Counted from the stretch's first letter, positions 1 to 9,891 are shown. The stretch is DNA of 64,000 bases from Bacteroidales bacterium UBA1756 (GCA_002314795.1 DCHI01000007.1:5827-69826), one strand, 5' to 3'. Notes: generated from the letters alone by a model not told the origin. Program-made: numbers and translations.

Positions 1-1638
1 TTCTTGCAGTTTTTCAAGATATTCCTGTCCCTCTTCGGACGTCGGGTCGTTGCCCAAAAGAATCATCACTTGTTCCAACCGTGTGGTGTCATATCCGTTG
101 ATGGTCAGCAACTGTGTGGCTAACTCAACAGGCTTTTCCACGCGGACGCAACCGTGACTCAATGTCCGGACGCGGCGTTTGAACGCACTTTTATTGTTGG
201 TGTCGTGCAAATAGACCGACTCGGAATTCGGAAAACTGAATTTAATCTGCCCTAAGGCATTGAATTTTCCGGACTCTTGAAAAACCTGGTACGGAATGTT
301 TTTCTGGTTGACTTTCTTCCAGTCGATGCTTTCCGGCGCGACCTCCTTTTTCGTCCGCAAATCAATGATGTGGAGTTTCTCCTTTTGGACGGTTGCGGTG
401 TTGCTTCGGACGAACTTGTAGTAGTATTCGTCTTTTAAAATGCTGGCCGGAATTGACCATATCGGGTTGAGTACAATGTAGTTAATGTCACTCCGCAACA
501 TTGGTGATTCTGTCTTTTGGCTTCGAAGGACGCCATTTCTTCGTATCGTGTCCGCGTCTTTTGGGGCCGGTGATTTTCCGCAACAGACACGCATTTTTAC
601 GATGGAGTCCCCGTGATGAACCTGCAGGGTGAAATCGGCCGTGTTGACGGCAATGAAGGATGCTCCTTTGTTTTTTGTTGCGTTCCAACGAAAACGTTCC
701 AAATTGGCCGACAGTTTGTCAATGTAGTAGTCCGGCTGCCGGTTCAGTTCGTTGATGGTTTCTTCGTCAAGGTGACGACTGCGAGGAATGGCGCGGTTTT
801 CACGGAACTGATTGATGGCGTTCATCAGTACCGAGCCCAACGTGTCGGACGGTCGGTAATTGTCTGCAATTTCGCCCGTTACCTTCAACCGTTCACCGAT
901 GAGGTGAACATTGGTGGCAACGTGTCCGGAATCGGCGTAAATCATTGGCAACTTGCGAATTCCTTTTTCCTTTAGTGCCAAATACTTTTTCAGTTCCTTT
1001 TGCAAGGCCACGTAATTGGAGTCGGTTGGAATGAGTCCCGTAAGAAATTGCGTGGCGCTTCCGCAGGAACTGAGCGCCGTCATTGCGAAATCATCCGGAA
1101 TGCTGTCGGCTTCGAACAGCCATTTCCCTCCGTTTACAACTTTTGGGTCGGTTGCCCCGTAAGCCATTGATTTCGCATATTTTAGATATGCATCCGTCAA
1201 CATAATTTCAAAGCGAGCAAGCGAGTCGTATAACGCATCTTCGCCTTCTATTTCAAGGGACTTGATGGCTTTCGCTTTCTGTGTCAATTTTTCATAAAAG
1301 AAAAAGGAAGGTTCAATCCCTTGTTCTTTTGAGTCTGAAAAAAGAGCAAGCAATGAGTCGATGTGCTGCTCCTGCCAGCCGTTGGCTGTCCAAATCGGTT
1401 CGCCTAAGTCGGCATAGAACTGTTTGACGACGTTACAAAAAATCACGTCGTTGCTGTCCAACGACGTGATTTGGTTTTGTAAGTAAGTGTTGTAGTTTTC
1501 GTTATCGAATTGTCTGTAGGATGAAAACCAGTGGGGAGTCTCTTCAACCGGATGATTGTAGCTTCTATCCTTGCAACTTACCAGCAAGAATAAAAATAAA
1601 AACAAAAGCATACCCCAAAAAATCCCTAACCTCCTCAT
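1..1638 (-). CDS. L,D-transpeptidase family lipoprotein (YkuD domain); 3' end runs off the window
   Basis: Uninterrupted minus-strand frame from ATG (1638..1636) to the window edge. It is absent from the ORF track because no stop lies in the window. My translation starts MRRLGIFWGMLLFLFLFLLVSC (lipoprotein-type signal) and contains the YkuD catalytic motif LSHGCVRV (about 140..160). Confidence 0.85.
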   Translation of the reverse strand, partial: MRRLGIFWGMLLFLFLFLLVSCKDRSYNHPVEETPHWFSSYRQFDNENYNTYLQNQITSLDSNDVIFCNVVKQFYADLGEPIWTANGWQEQHIDSLLALFSDSKEQGIEPSFFFYEKLTQKAKAIKSLEIEGEDALYDSLARFEIMLTDAYLKYAKSMAYGATDPKVVNGGKWLFEADSIPDDFAMTALSSCGSATQFLTGLIPTDSNYVALQKELKKYLALKEKGIRKLPMIYADSGHVATNVHLIGERLKVTGEIADNYRPSDTLGSVLMNAINQFRENRAIPRSRHLDEETINELNRQPDYYIDKLSANLERFRWNATKNKGASFIAVNTADFTLQVHHGDSIVKMRVCCGKSPAPKDADTIRRNGVLRSQKTESPMLRSDINYIVLNPIWSIPASILKDEYYYKFVRSNTATVQKEKLHIIDLRTKKEVAPESIDWKKVNQKNIPYQVFQESGKFNALGQIKFSFPNSESVYLHDTNNKSAFKRRVRTLSHGCVRVEKPVELATQLLTINGYDTTRLEQVMILLGNDPTSEEGQEYLEKLQE

Positions 1639-1643
1639 CTAAC

Positions 1644-1730
1644 AAACTTTATAAACTTTATGAACTTTACAAACTTTACAAACTTTATGAACTTTACAAA
1701 CTTTATGAACTTTATAAACTTTATAAACTC
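1644..1730. repeat. 9-bp tandem repeat, 9 full copies plus a partial one (plus strand AAACTTTAY / GAACTTTAY)
   Basis: Counted directly: units at 1644, 1653, 1662 ... 1716. The array fills the gap between the aminotransferase stop (1729..1731) and the L,D-transpeptidase ATG (1638). Confidence 0.95.
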
Positions 1731-3039
1731 AGTGATTCTCGTGGAAGCACTTTGCGCGTTCTTCCAGGTCTGGGAACTGGTTCCGGTTGACGAGAGAGAC
1801 GCAGGCGCGAAGTCCTTCGGTACGGGTACTGTTGCAGCTGGACAATGAGATGGCGCTGATTCCGTAATAAAGAAGTTCGTGAAGCAATTCTTCTCCGGTA
1901 AGTCCGGGGTAGGAGAGTGTAAAGTAGAATCCGTCTGCAATTTCTTCGTCGCCATCGTGGTCATAGACGATTTTAAAGCCGTTATCGGTGAAGATTTTCT
2001 TCATAATGTGGGCTTTTTCTCCATATTCGCGGACATCGTCCAAATAATTGTAAGTGCCTTCGTTGCAAGCTTTGAAGATGGCGGTCAGTGCGTATTGAGC
2101 CGAGTGGGACGTTCCGGAGCTGACAGCGTAAACGGCACCGTTGATCATCGCACGACGCATAACCGGCGTGCAGAAGTAAGGAACGAGGTCCGGAAATTCG
2201 CGGGCACCAAATTTGTCGGAAATAGCCAAAACAGCAATTCTTTCTCCGGCATAACTGAATGCCTTGGAACCGGAAATCATCAGGGCGTAGTTGTCGGTGT
2301 ATTTGCCAACGGATGGTTGGAACGGAGGGACACCGGGCTTGGAAATGTCGCGACGGAAGTCCATTCCGAAGTAGGCGAGGTCTTCGATGACGCAAACGTC
2401 ATATTGCGTAGCCAATTCACCAATCGTACGAAGTTCTTCGTCGGTGAAACAAACCCAAGACGGATTGTTGGGGTTGGAGTAAATGATGGAGTGAATGTTC
2501 CCTTTTTTCAAATAGCTTTCGAGTTTGGCACGCAGTTTCTCACCACGGAAATCGTAAACGTCGAATGTTTCGTACTTGAGACCGAGGATTTTATGCTGGT
2601 TTTTCTGTACCGGAAATCCGGGGTCAATGAAAAGGGTGGTGTCTTTCTGTTTCTCTCTGCGGGCTAAGGTCATAAAGCTGACGAGACCGGCCATCATTGA
2701 ACCGACGGTAGGAAAGCAGGATTCGGGGGAAACGTCAAGGTCGATGAAGTTTTTGATAAAACGGGAGGCCTCCTTCTTCAGTTCCGGCGTTCCGTCCAAG
2801 TCGGGATAAATGGTGGCGATGCCGTCTTGCAACGCCTTGATTTGTGCATCCACACCGACTTTGCAGGCCGGAATACCCGGAATGCCCATTTCCATACGGA
2901 CGAACTTGGTTCCCGATGCGTTTTCAATGTCGTTAATCAGTCTCTTGATTTCACGGATGGAAGCTTTGCCAACTTCTTTAATGCCGTTTTCGGCAATCAT
3001 CTTGTTTACTAATTCGGAATCAATAGGTGTTTTTTTCAC
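1729..3039 (-). CDS. PLP-dependent aminotransferase, class I/II
   Basis: 436-aa ORF with the fold-type I pattern, including the SGSKAFSYAGERI PLP-lysine region and an NPNNPS block. Confidence 0.85.
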   Translation of the reverse strand: MKKTPIDSELVNKMIAENGIKEVGKASIREIKRLINDIENASGTKFVRMEMGIPGIPACKVGVDAQIKALQDGIATIYPDLDGTPELKKEASRFIKNFIDLDVSPESCFPTVGSMMAGLVSFMTLARREKQKDTTLFIDPGFPVQKNQHKILGLKYETFDVYDFRGEKLRAKLESYLKKGNIHSIIYSNPNNPSWVCFTDEELRTIGELATQYDVCVIEDLAYFGMDFRRDISKPGVPPFQPSVGKYTDNYALMISGSKAFSYAGERIAVLAISDKFGAREFPDLVPYFCTPVMRRAMINGAVYAVSSGTSHSAQYALTAIFKACNEGTYNYLDDVREYGEKAHIMKKIFTDNGFKIVYDHDGDEEIADGFYFTLSYPGLTGEELLHELLYYGISAISLSSCNSTRTEGLRACVSLVNRNQFPDLEERAKCFHENH

Positions 3040-3124
3040 GATAAAATATTTTTTTGTTATGATAATTCGTTGTGAATGAATATTTTATAAGAATAAATTG
3101 AGTTTGCAAATATAGTCAGTTTTT

Positions 3125-4429
3125 CTATTCGTCAAATAAGGTCTTTTCTTTCATTTGCTTGATGGCATTCGTACAATCTTCTGTTCTTTCAGGAATTATA
3201 GTTTGAATATCGTTAAATAATCTAATAAGTGCTCTTCCTATTGCAAAAGCGAGGTTAACAGGGACTGCATTGCCAATTTGCTTATATTTATCTGCGGTGC
3301 TGCCATAGAATTTCCAGTTATCCGGGAATGTTTGTATCCTTGCATATTCTCTAACAGTTAAGGGTCTTGTCTCTGTCGGATGACAACGCTCAGTTTGTTT
3401 TTGGCAAGGAGAACACGTCAATGTTAAAGAAGGTTCATCCAAAGAAAGTCGACGAGCCATACCAGTTTTTCCGCCCTCTAACTCAAAACTGCCTCCAAGA
3501 TAGTCTTTTGCTATCTCGTATGGAAGATTCCTCCAATCTCCACCCATTGGAACAAGTTCCAATACGTTCTTTTTTTTAGGTGGGTAGGACGCTCCTTCTG
3601 ACACAGGGACATCGCAATCGTAAAGAATTCCCTTGAAGAAAGCATCACGTAAGTGAACTATTTTTTTGTACGGGCTTGGCCAGTGAAATTGAACTTTTTC
3701 AGCAATATCGTTCCTGATAGCAATGAGTATAAGTCGTTCCCTTTTTTGAGGAACTTGATACATTATGGCTTTCAGTACACGCGGCTCAATCAATGTGTAC
3801 CCCAATTCAGATATGGCATTCTTTATGGTTTGTAAAGTTTTACCTCCATTGTGTGAGGTAAGACCTTTGACATTTTCTCCCATAAAGACTTTGGGTTGAA
3901 TTTCCTTGACTGCTCTTGCCAATTCAAAAAATAAAGTACCGCGAGTATCACTGAATCCACCTTGCTTACCAGCATAAGAAAATGCTTGGCAGGGAAATCC
4001 TCCAGAAATAAAATCAATCTTTCCTTTTAAAGGTCTGAAATCAATTTTACGAATGTCTCCTTCGATGACATTCCAATTAGGACGATTCATTCTTAATGTA
4101 TTGCAAGCAGTGTGCATCAATTCATTTAGAAGAACGTGCTTGAATCCTGCTTTTTCCATTCCAATGGCTAATCCTCCAGCACCTGCAAATAACTCAATGG
4201 AAGTGTATTCTCTTTTAGGAACCACCTTCATTTCTTTATCCCAATTTGAATTTGTCATATCTTCTACTCCTGGTATTCCTTGGATGGAGGAAATGTCAAA
4301 TTCCCATTTTCCTTCTTTATTCTTTAGTGCTGCAAATGTTCCATTCACCGCCCATTTTTGTACGGTTGCTTTGGAAACTCCAGCAATATCCGCTAAATCG
4401 CTTTCGCATATTGTGTGATTGACCATCAT
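3125..4429 (-). CDS. DNA (cytosine-5)-methyltransferase with N-terminal HTH extension
   Basis: Motif I ELFAGAGGL, motif IV GGFPCQAFS, motif VI ENVKGL, motif VIII QKRERL, motif X QIGNAVPV. The first ~75 aa carry an HTH-like stretch, SDLADIAGVSKATVQKWAVNG. Confidence 0.93.
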   Translation of the reverse strand: MMVNHTICESDLADIAGVSKATVQKWAVNGTFAALKNKEGKWEFDISSIQGIPGVEDMTNSNWDKEMKVVPKREYTSIELFAGAGGLAIGMEKAGFKHVLLNELMHTACNTLRMNRPNWNVIEGDIRKIDFRPLKGKIDFISGGFPCQAFSYAGKQGGFSDTRGTLFFELARAVKEIQPKVFMGENVKGLTSHNGGKTLQTIKNAISELGYTLIEPRVLKAIMYQVPQKRERLILIAIRNDIAEKVQFHWPSPYKKIVHLRDAFFKGILYDCDVPVSEGASYPPKKKNVLELVPMGGDWRNLPYEIAKDYLGGSFELEGGKTGMARRLSLDEPSLTLTCSPCQKQTERCHPTETRPLTVREYARIQTFPDNWKFYGSTADKYKQIGNAVPVNLAFAIGRALIRLFNDIQTIIPERTEDCTNAIKQMKEKTLFDE

Positions 4430-4441
4430 AGTGCTTTCATA

Positions 4442-5179
4442 TTAAAATTGGTCAAATCCATCGTATGTTTTAAATGCAAGGAGGTATAAACTTTTGAATA
4501 TGTCTGGAGAAAAATTGTTTAATTCATCAAATACAGTACTCATAGTTTTGCTTTTTTCTTTGACTACATCATCTAAAATGTCTGGAAGTTTCTTGCACAA
4601 TTTGCAAAAAGTCTGAGAGTAACCTTCAAAAACTATGTCATAAAATTTATCAATTGAAACTCTCCTAATCCGGTCATTGCTATATTGCTCCTTGTCCAAT
4701 TTTATATTCCATACTTCATTTTGTGATTTTTTTGCAATGACTTCAACAAGCATACAGGTTGCCTGTCCATCGTGCAGAATTTTATCTTGCATTTTCATAT
4801 ACGTTTTCTGCGAAGAAGCAGAGTTCATCGTGTTGTGCTTGTTCTTCATTTCAATGAAAAGGTGTTTGTCGTTGTTGATGACATCAAATCCTTCATTGGG
4901 AACTTCCCAACCGTTTCCCGCATACTTAAATAAATTTTGATGAAAATACCCTATGTGATTGTTATTGCTTTTGTCCATTTGCCGAACACACTCGGCAGTG
5001 ATAATTTCCTTTATGGTTTTGCCGTAAATTTTAGAATCAAAAGTCAATTTTATTGGATCAACAATATTTTTGTTGAAACTTTTTAAATCTAATCCGGTGC
5101 TGTATAATTCTACGGTTTCTGCGACGTGAGTATAGATATTCTCATCGGAAATGAATCCCAAATCATATTTTTGTTTCAT
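4442..5179 (-). CDS. Type II restriction endonuclease (PD-(D/E)xK; possibly Eco47II/Sau96I-like family)
   Basis: 245-aa ORF 12 bp upstream of the C5-MTase on the same strand. Candidate catalytic signature GFDV...LFIEMKNKHNTMNS (D...ExK). The family assignment is from memory of the RE_Eco47II pattern only. Confidence 0.65.
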   Translation of the reverse strand: MKQKYDLGFISDENIYTHVAETVELYSTGLDLKSFNKNIVDPIKLTFDSKIYGKTIKEIITAECVRQMDKSNNNHIGYFHQNLFKYAGNGWEVPNEGFDVINNDKHLFIEMKNKHNTMNSASSQKTYMKMQDKILHDGQATCMLVEVIAKKSQNEVWNIKLDKEQYSNDRIRRVSIDKFYDIVFEGYSQTFCKLCKKLPDILDDVVKEKSKTMSTVFDELNNFSPDIFKSLYLLAFKTYDGFDQF

Positions 5180-5198
5180 ACGTCTGATTTTTAGGTCG

Positions 5199-5206
5199 CA
5201 AAGGTA
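5199..5206 (-). promoter_or_regulatory. Bacteroidetes -7 promoter box (TACCTTTG on minus strand)
   Basis: CAAAGGTA on the plus strand, 20 nt upstream of the REase ATG. Matches TAnnTTTG. Confidence 0.5.
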
Positions 5207-5223
5207 TAATAATTAAATGACTT

Positions 5224-5640
5224 TTAGTCATCCATCTTTTTGAAATTCCCGTTTTTATCAAATTCCAAATCCAACCCGTTGTTCAACTCGACATCGTATT
5301 TCCGTCTGTCTTTGTTTATTTTTACAATGAATTGACCGACAAAGTTTTGATTTACATAATTTTGGATGTTGGCGGGCACGATTCCGTTCGGAACGGCATC
5401 CATTTGACAATCCACATCTTCCCATTCTCCTTTTTTGGTGAAATCAACTTCGTAGCCATTGACGAAATGAACATCGTAAGAGTCGTTATCTTTTGTAATG
5501 TACGAAATATCAATGAGTCCGAAATATTGGTCAATGAATTGCTGTGCGTTTTCGGGAAGGTCTTGGCGTTGAACGTTGGTCTCTTTGGTGCAGGAAACAG
5601 CAAGAATTCCTAAGAAAATTACCAATAAATATTTTTTCAT
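5224..5640 (-). CDS. PepSY-like domain lipoprotein
   Basis: Signal plus Cys (LAVSC). Duplicated PepSY-like pattern: YDVHFVNGYEVDFTKKGEWEDVDC ... YDVELNNGLDLEFDKNGNFKKMD. Confidence 0.7.
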   Translation of the reverse strand: MKKYLLVIFLGILAVSCTKETNVQRQDLPENAQQFIDQYFGLIDISYITKDNDSYDVHFVNGYEVDFTKKGEWEDVDCQMDAVPNGIVPANIQNYVNQNFVGQFIVKINKDRRKYDVELNNGLDLEFDKNGNFKKMDD

Positions 5641-5667
5641 TTTTTTATGATTTTAAAGTGATAAAAA

Positions 5668-6093
5668 TTAGTCATCAATGCGTTTGAACTGTTCGTTTTT
5701 GTCAAATTTAAGTTCCAATCCATTGTTTAATTTGACTTCATAACCGCTTGCGTCACGTTCGATTTTTACCACGGAAGCTTTCGGATTATTTTTCTTGACA
5801 TATTCTTGTACTCCTTTGGGGACGAGAACCGTCGGAACCGCACTTTTTTTGCAATCAATCTCTTTCCAATTGCCTCTTTTGTCAAACTCAATTTCTTGGC
5901 CATTTGTAAATTTAACCTCGAAAGAGTCATTGTCACGGGTGCAGTATGAAATCTCTAATGTCTTGAAATGTTGGTCAATAAGATTATTTGAAACTTCGGG
6001 AAGTTCCTTTTTTTGAATTTGTACCTCTTTCTGACCGAAGGATACTTGCGTTGTCAGTAAAATACCGATTAAAATTAAAAGAGCTTTTTTCAT
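5668..6093 (-). CDS. PepSY-like domain protein (tandem paralogue)
   Basis: Same architecture as 5224..5640: FEVKFTNGQEIEFDKRGNWKEIDC ... YEVKLNNGLELKFDKNEQFKRID. N-terminal signal peptide. Confidence 0.7.
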   Translation of the reverse strand: MKKALLILIGILLTTQVSFGQKEVQIQKKELPEVSNNLIDQHFKTLEISYCTRDNDSFEVKFTNGQEIEFDKRGNWKEIDCKKSAVPTVLVPKGVQEYVKKNNPKASVVKIERDASGYEVKLNNGLELKFDKNEQFKRIDD

Positions 6094-6111
6094 AATGTTT
6101 GTATTAAATGG

Positions 6112-6813
6112 TTAAATGTTCATTCCTGCGATAATGCAGCAGCCGTAAAGTGCTGCCGTCTCCGTCCGAAGCCGTCGGTTTCCTAATTTAATTTCCTTGT
6201 AACCAGCGTTTTTGCATTGTGAAATCTCCTTCTCACTGAAATCACCTTCTGGTCCGATGAGTAAGATAACCTCTTGGGTGCTGATTTGTTCATTTACAAT
6301 CTGTTTTGTGTTCGTATCGTCGCACCAGGCAATATATTTGGCGACTTCGTCATTCTTGTTTTCTTCAATAAATTCTTCAAAAGAAAGAACTTTCATTTCC
6401 GGAAGAACCGTGGTCTGCGACTGTTTGAGCGCGGAAACAGCAATTCTGCTCAGGCGGTTGAGGTCAATTTTAGGCCGTTCGGAATGTTCGCAAATGATGA
6501 AAGATATTTTTTCAATGCCGATTTCAACGGCTTTTTCAACGAACCACTCGATTCGATCGGCATTTTTGGTGGGCGCCACGGCTATGTGAAGTTGCAACTG
6601 GCGAGGTTCGGTTTCTTGAAATTGGTGGATGTTCACCACACAGTCTGTTGCCGAAGCAACGACAATTTCACCAAGCGCTAATCCTCCTTTTCCATCGGTT
6701 AGATGAACGGAATCACCCTCCCGATACCGAAGTGATTTTACGCAATGGCGTGATTCTTCAGTATTTAACGTGATGGTTGGTTGGGTTAAGTCGGGATGGA
6801 AAAAGTGCGCCAT
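6112..6813 (-). CDS. rsmE: 16S rRNA (uracil1498-N3)-methyltransferase
   Basis: 233 aa. The N-terminal PUA-like part (EESRHCVKSLRYREGD) and C-terminal LIGPEGDFS...LG.R.LRTETA are typical of RsmE. Confidence 0.85.
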   Translation of the reverse strand: MAHFFHPDLTQPTITLNTEESRHCVKSLRYREGDSVHLTDGKGGLALGEIVVASATDCVVNIHQFQETEPRQLQLHIAVAPTKNADRIEWFVEKAVEIGIEKISFIICEHSERPKIDLNRLSRIAVSALKQSQTTVLPEMKVLSFEEFIEENKNDEVAKYIAWCDDTNTKQIVNEQISTQEVILLIGPEGDFSEKEISQCKNAGYKEIKLGNRRLRTETAALYGCCIIAGMNI

Positions 6814-6816
6814 ATT

Positions 6817-8070
6817 TTAGTTATCGTCCAATTTTATAAAAATAAATAGCAGCGTGGTGAAGCCCCAAAGGGACGAACCTCCGTAACTGATGAAGGGTAA
6901 CGGAATCCCAATAATGGGAACCAAGCCAATGGTCATACCAATATTGACGGCCAAGTGGAAAAAGATGATGGAAGCCACGCAATAGCCGTAAATCCTTGTA
7001 AATGGATTCCTCTGTTTTTCTGCAAGAATGATGAGCCGGATAATGAGCGCCATATAAAGCGCAATGAGCGCCGTACTGCCCAAAAAGCCCCACTCTTCTC
7101 CGATTCCGCAAAAGATGAAGTCGGTGCTTTGTTCGGGAACAAAATTCAGTTTGGTTTGTGTGCCGTGCAAATATCCTTTTCCGAAAAAACCACCGGAGCC
7201 GATGGCAATCTTGGACTGGTTCAGGTTGAAATCCGCACCTTTGGGATCCACACTCTTTCCCAAAATGGTGTCAATTCGTTGACGCTGATGCGGTTGCAAA
7301 ACTTCGTTGTAGGCAAAATTGACGGCAAATACAAATGCGGTGAAGGCAATGAAAATACCGATATTCCGGATGATTTTCATCTTGTCACCGCGCGTAAGCG
7401 GCCAAGCGATAATCAAGATGACCAAGAGCAATGCTACGGCGTAAATCTCATTGGTTATGATGGTTAGGACGAAAAGGAAGGCCGCAAAGATGCCCGCTAA
7501 AAGAACCCAGCCGTTGAATCCTTCTCTATAAAAAAGAATGATGAAGGAGGCAAAAACGAGTGCCGAACCCGTGTCCTTTTGCAAAATGGCGATGACAGCC
7601 GGAATTCCGATGAGAATGAAAGCACGAATCCATTGCGTCTTCCGCTCACTTTCCGTCTTGGCGCTGCTGAAAAATTTGGCGATGGCTAAGGCCGTCGCAA
7701 ATTTCGCAAACTCAATCGGTTGGATGCTGAAACTGCCAATCTTAATCCACGCCTTGGCACCATTGATGTCGGTGCCTATGAACACAACGGACAGGATAAA
7801 TAGCATAAAAAAGGCATAAACCGGATAGGCGTACGTCTGTATCAATTTCGAGTCAATGGCCAGAACGACGAAGGCCAGAATAGCTGCGGCAATAATCCAT
7901 AAAAGTTGACGCCCGTACGGCTGGTCCATATTGAGTGGATTGAATGGAACGCTGGGATCGTAGGCGGAGGAGTAGATGGTGAGCCACCCGACCAACACTA
8001 AGCCGATGTAGTAAACGATCAGCTGGGTGTCAATGCCTTTTATCTTTTTCTGTCGGGTGTCGTTGAGCAT
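6817..8070 (-). CDS. rodA: Rod shape-determining protein RodA (SEDS family)
   Basis: 417-aa polytopic membrane protein of FtsW/RodA pattern (PEQSTDFIF, GEEWGF), 3 bp downstream of PBP2. Confidence 0.9.
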   Translation of the reverse strand: MLNDTRQKKIKGIDTQLIVYYIGLVLVGWLTIYSSAYDPSVPFNPLNMDQPYGRQLLWIIAAAILAFVVLAIDSKLIQTYAYPVYAFFMLFILSVVFIGTDINGAKAWIKIGSFSIQPIEFAKFATALAIAKFFSSAKTESERKTQWIRAFILIGIPAVIAILQKDTGSALVFASFIILFYREGFNGWVLLAGIFAAFLFVLTIITNEIYAVALLLVILIIAWPLTRGDKMKIIRNIGIFIAFTAFVFAVNFAYNEVLQPHQRQRIDTILGKSVDPKGADFNLNQSKIAIGSGGFFGKGYLHGTQTKLNFVPEQSTDFIFCGIGEEWGFLGSTALIALYMALIIRLIILAEKQRNPFTRIYGYCVASIIFFHLAVNIGMTIGLVPIIGIPLPFISYGGSSLWGFTTLLFIFIKLDDN

Positions 8071-8073
8071 TCG

Positions 8074-9879
8074 TTATCGAGTATTAAGTTCCATCATTCG
8101 TTTTTCGAGATCTGTCCGTTTAACTTCCCGACGCAGATAAAATTCTGTGATAAGAGAAGCAATCGGGGCCGCTACGGAAGCGCCCCACCCACCGTTTTCA
8201 ACCAATACGAAGACCGCAATCTTCGGGGAGTCAACGGGGCCGAAGCAAGCAAAGACGGAGTGGTCTTGACCGTGCGGATTCTGAGCCGTTCCCGTCTTGC
8301 CGGCGATTTCCAGACTGTCAATCTGGGCGAAACGACCTGTTCCAGACGTCATTACCAATTTCATTCCTTCGATAATGGGCTCAAAATAGCGGGGCTCGAT
8401 GCCGCTGTTAATCCGTTGGTTGTATCGGGTGTTGGGATTGTCTTTCGTTCCTATTGCCTTCACTACGTGAGGTTTATAGTAGTAACCGCGGTTGGCGATG
8501 ATGGCAATGAGGTTCGCCATTTGGAGGGGCGTGCACGCCACTTGGCCTTGTCCGATTCCCATTGAAACAATGGAGTTTCCACGCCAGTGTCCGCGGTATT
8601 CGCGGTCCAAGTCTTCCACGGTTGGAATGATTCCTTTGGATTCGTACGGAAGGTCGGTGTCAAACTTCTGGCCAATTCCCATCTGATTGATGTAATCTTT
8701 CCATACTTGATAGCCATCCCGAACCGACTTGTATTTCGGATTGGAAACCGTATTGACGAAAGCGCGGCAGAAGTAGGAATTGCAGGAGCAACGCACCGCA
8801 TCTATCAGGTCGGAACCCGCGTGGCCGTGGCATTTAACAATATGATTTCCAATATTATAACCACCGCCACAACTGTAGTAAGTGTATCGTGTGATGACGC
8901 CCTCTTGCTGCGCGATGAGCCCGTTGGCCAACTTGAACGTGGAGCCGGGCGGATAAATGGCTTTTAGTGCGCGGTTATACAAAGGCACATTGACAGAATC
9001 TTTTAGGAGCTTGCTGTAGTTTTTACTTCTGTTTTTCCCAACCAAAAGATTCGGATCGTAAGTGGGTGTTGAAACAATGCAGAGGATTTCTCCGGTCGAC
9101 GGCTCAATGGCAACGATACTCCCTCTTTTGTTGGCCATCAGTTTTTCGCCGTAACGCTGCAACTGCATATCGATGGTGCACCAGAGGTTGCTTCCCGGAA
9201 TGGCCTTTACATCCAATTCCCCGTTTCGGTAAGAACCTTTTTCGCGGTTGTGGACATCAACCAGAACCATTTTTTTCCCTTTCACGCCGCGCAGTTCCTC
9301 TTCGTAGGACTTCTCAATTCCGCTGATGCCGATGTAGTCGCCCATTTGGTAGTAACTGTCCTCTTTCAACAGGGCATCACTGATTTCCCCGATATAACCG
9401 AGGATATGTGCGGCGATGGGTTCCGGATAGGCACGGAGCGTGCGGGGCTGTACATAAAATCCAGGAAATTTGTAAAGCTTCTCCTGTAAATAACCGTAGT
9501 CCTCTTTTCCCAATTGTTGTGCAAAGATGGAAGGCAGAATGGGAGAGTATGTTCTCGCTTTTTCTAAACGCTCAATCAGGTCTTCTTTGGTGATATCCAA
9601 TATTTTACACAAATCCATCGTGTCGAAATCGGATACTTTTTTGGGAATGACCATCAAATCGTAGGCCGCTTCGTTATAGACTAACAGCGAGTCGTTTCGG
9701 TCGTAGATGAGGCCGCGCGGGGGCTGTTGCACCACTTCACGAATGGCATTGCTGCGTGCGAGGTCTTTGTATTTATTGTCAATGACTTGCATAGAAAAAA
9801 GACGCACCAAGTAAATGCCCACGACGAGAATCATAAGGACAATGATGATGATGCGGCGCTGTTCCTTTAGCGGGTTCAT
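8074..9879 (-). CDS. mrdA: Penicillin-binding protein 2 (transpeptidase)
   Basis: N-terminal TM anchor, SxxK (GSTFK) and KTG (AGKTGTAQ). Adjacent to rodA. Confidence 0.9.
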   Translation of the reverse strand: MNPLKEQRRIIIIVLMILVVGIYLVRLFSMQVIDNKYKDLARSNAIREVVQQPPRGLIYDRNDSLLVYNEAAYDLMVIPKKVSDFDTMDLCKILDITKEDLIERLEKARTYSPILPSIFAQQLGKEDYGYLQEKLYKFPGFYVQPRTLRAYPEPIAAHILGYIGEISDALLKEDSYYQMGDYIGISGIEKSYEEELRGVKGKKMVLVDVHNREKGSYRNGELDVKAIPGSNLWCTIDMQLQRYGEKLMANKRGSIVAIEPSTGEILCIVSTPTYDPNLLVGKNRSKNYSKLLKDSVNVPLYNRALKAIYPPGSTFKLANGLIAQQEGVITRYTYYSCGGGYNIGNHIVKCHGHAGSDLIDAVRCSCNSYFCRAFVNTVSNPKYKSVRDGYQVWKDYINQMGIGQKFDTDLPYESKGIIPTVEDLDREYRGHWRGNSIVSMGIGQGQVACTPLQMANLIAIIANRGYYYKPHVVKAIGTKDNPNTRYNQRINSGIEPRYFEPIIEGMKLVMTSGTGRFAQIDSLEIAGKTGTAQNPHGQDHSVFACFGPVDSPKIAVFVLVENGGWGASVAAPIASLITEFYLRREVKRTDLEKRMMELNTR

Positions 9880-9891
9880 TGACTGAAAAAG

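Noticed and set aside
1521-1964. ORFs 1521..1790(+), 1635..1964(-) and 1660..1848(+), translating as KLYKLYELYKLY... / [11 protein letters not shown]...
   Set aside because: They are read-throughs of the 9-bp tandem array and overlap the well-supported aminotransferase and L,D-transpeptidase genes. Their periodic low-complexity sequence comes from the repeat, so they are not coding.
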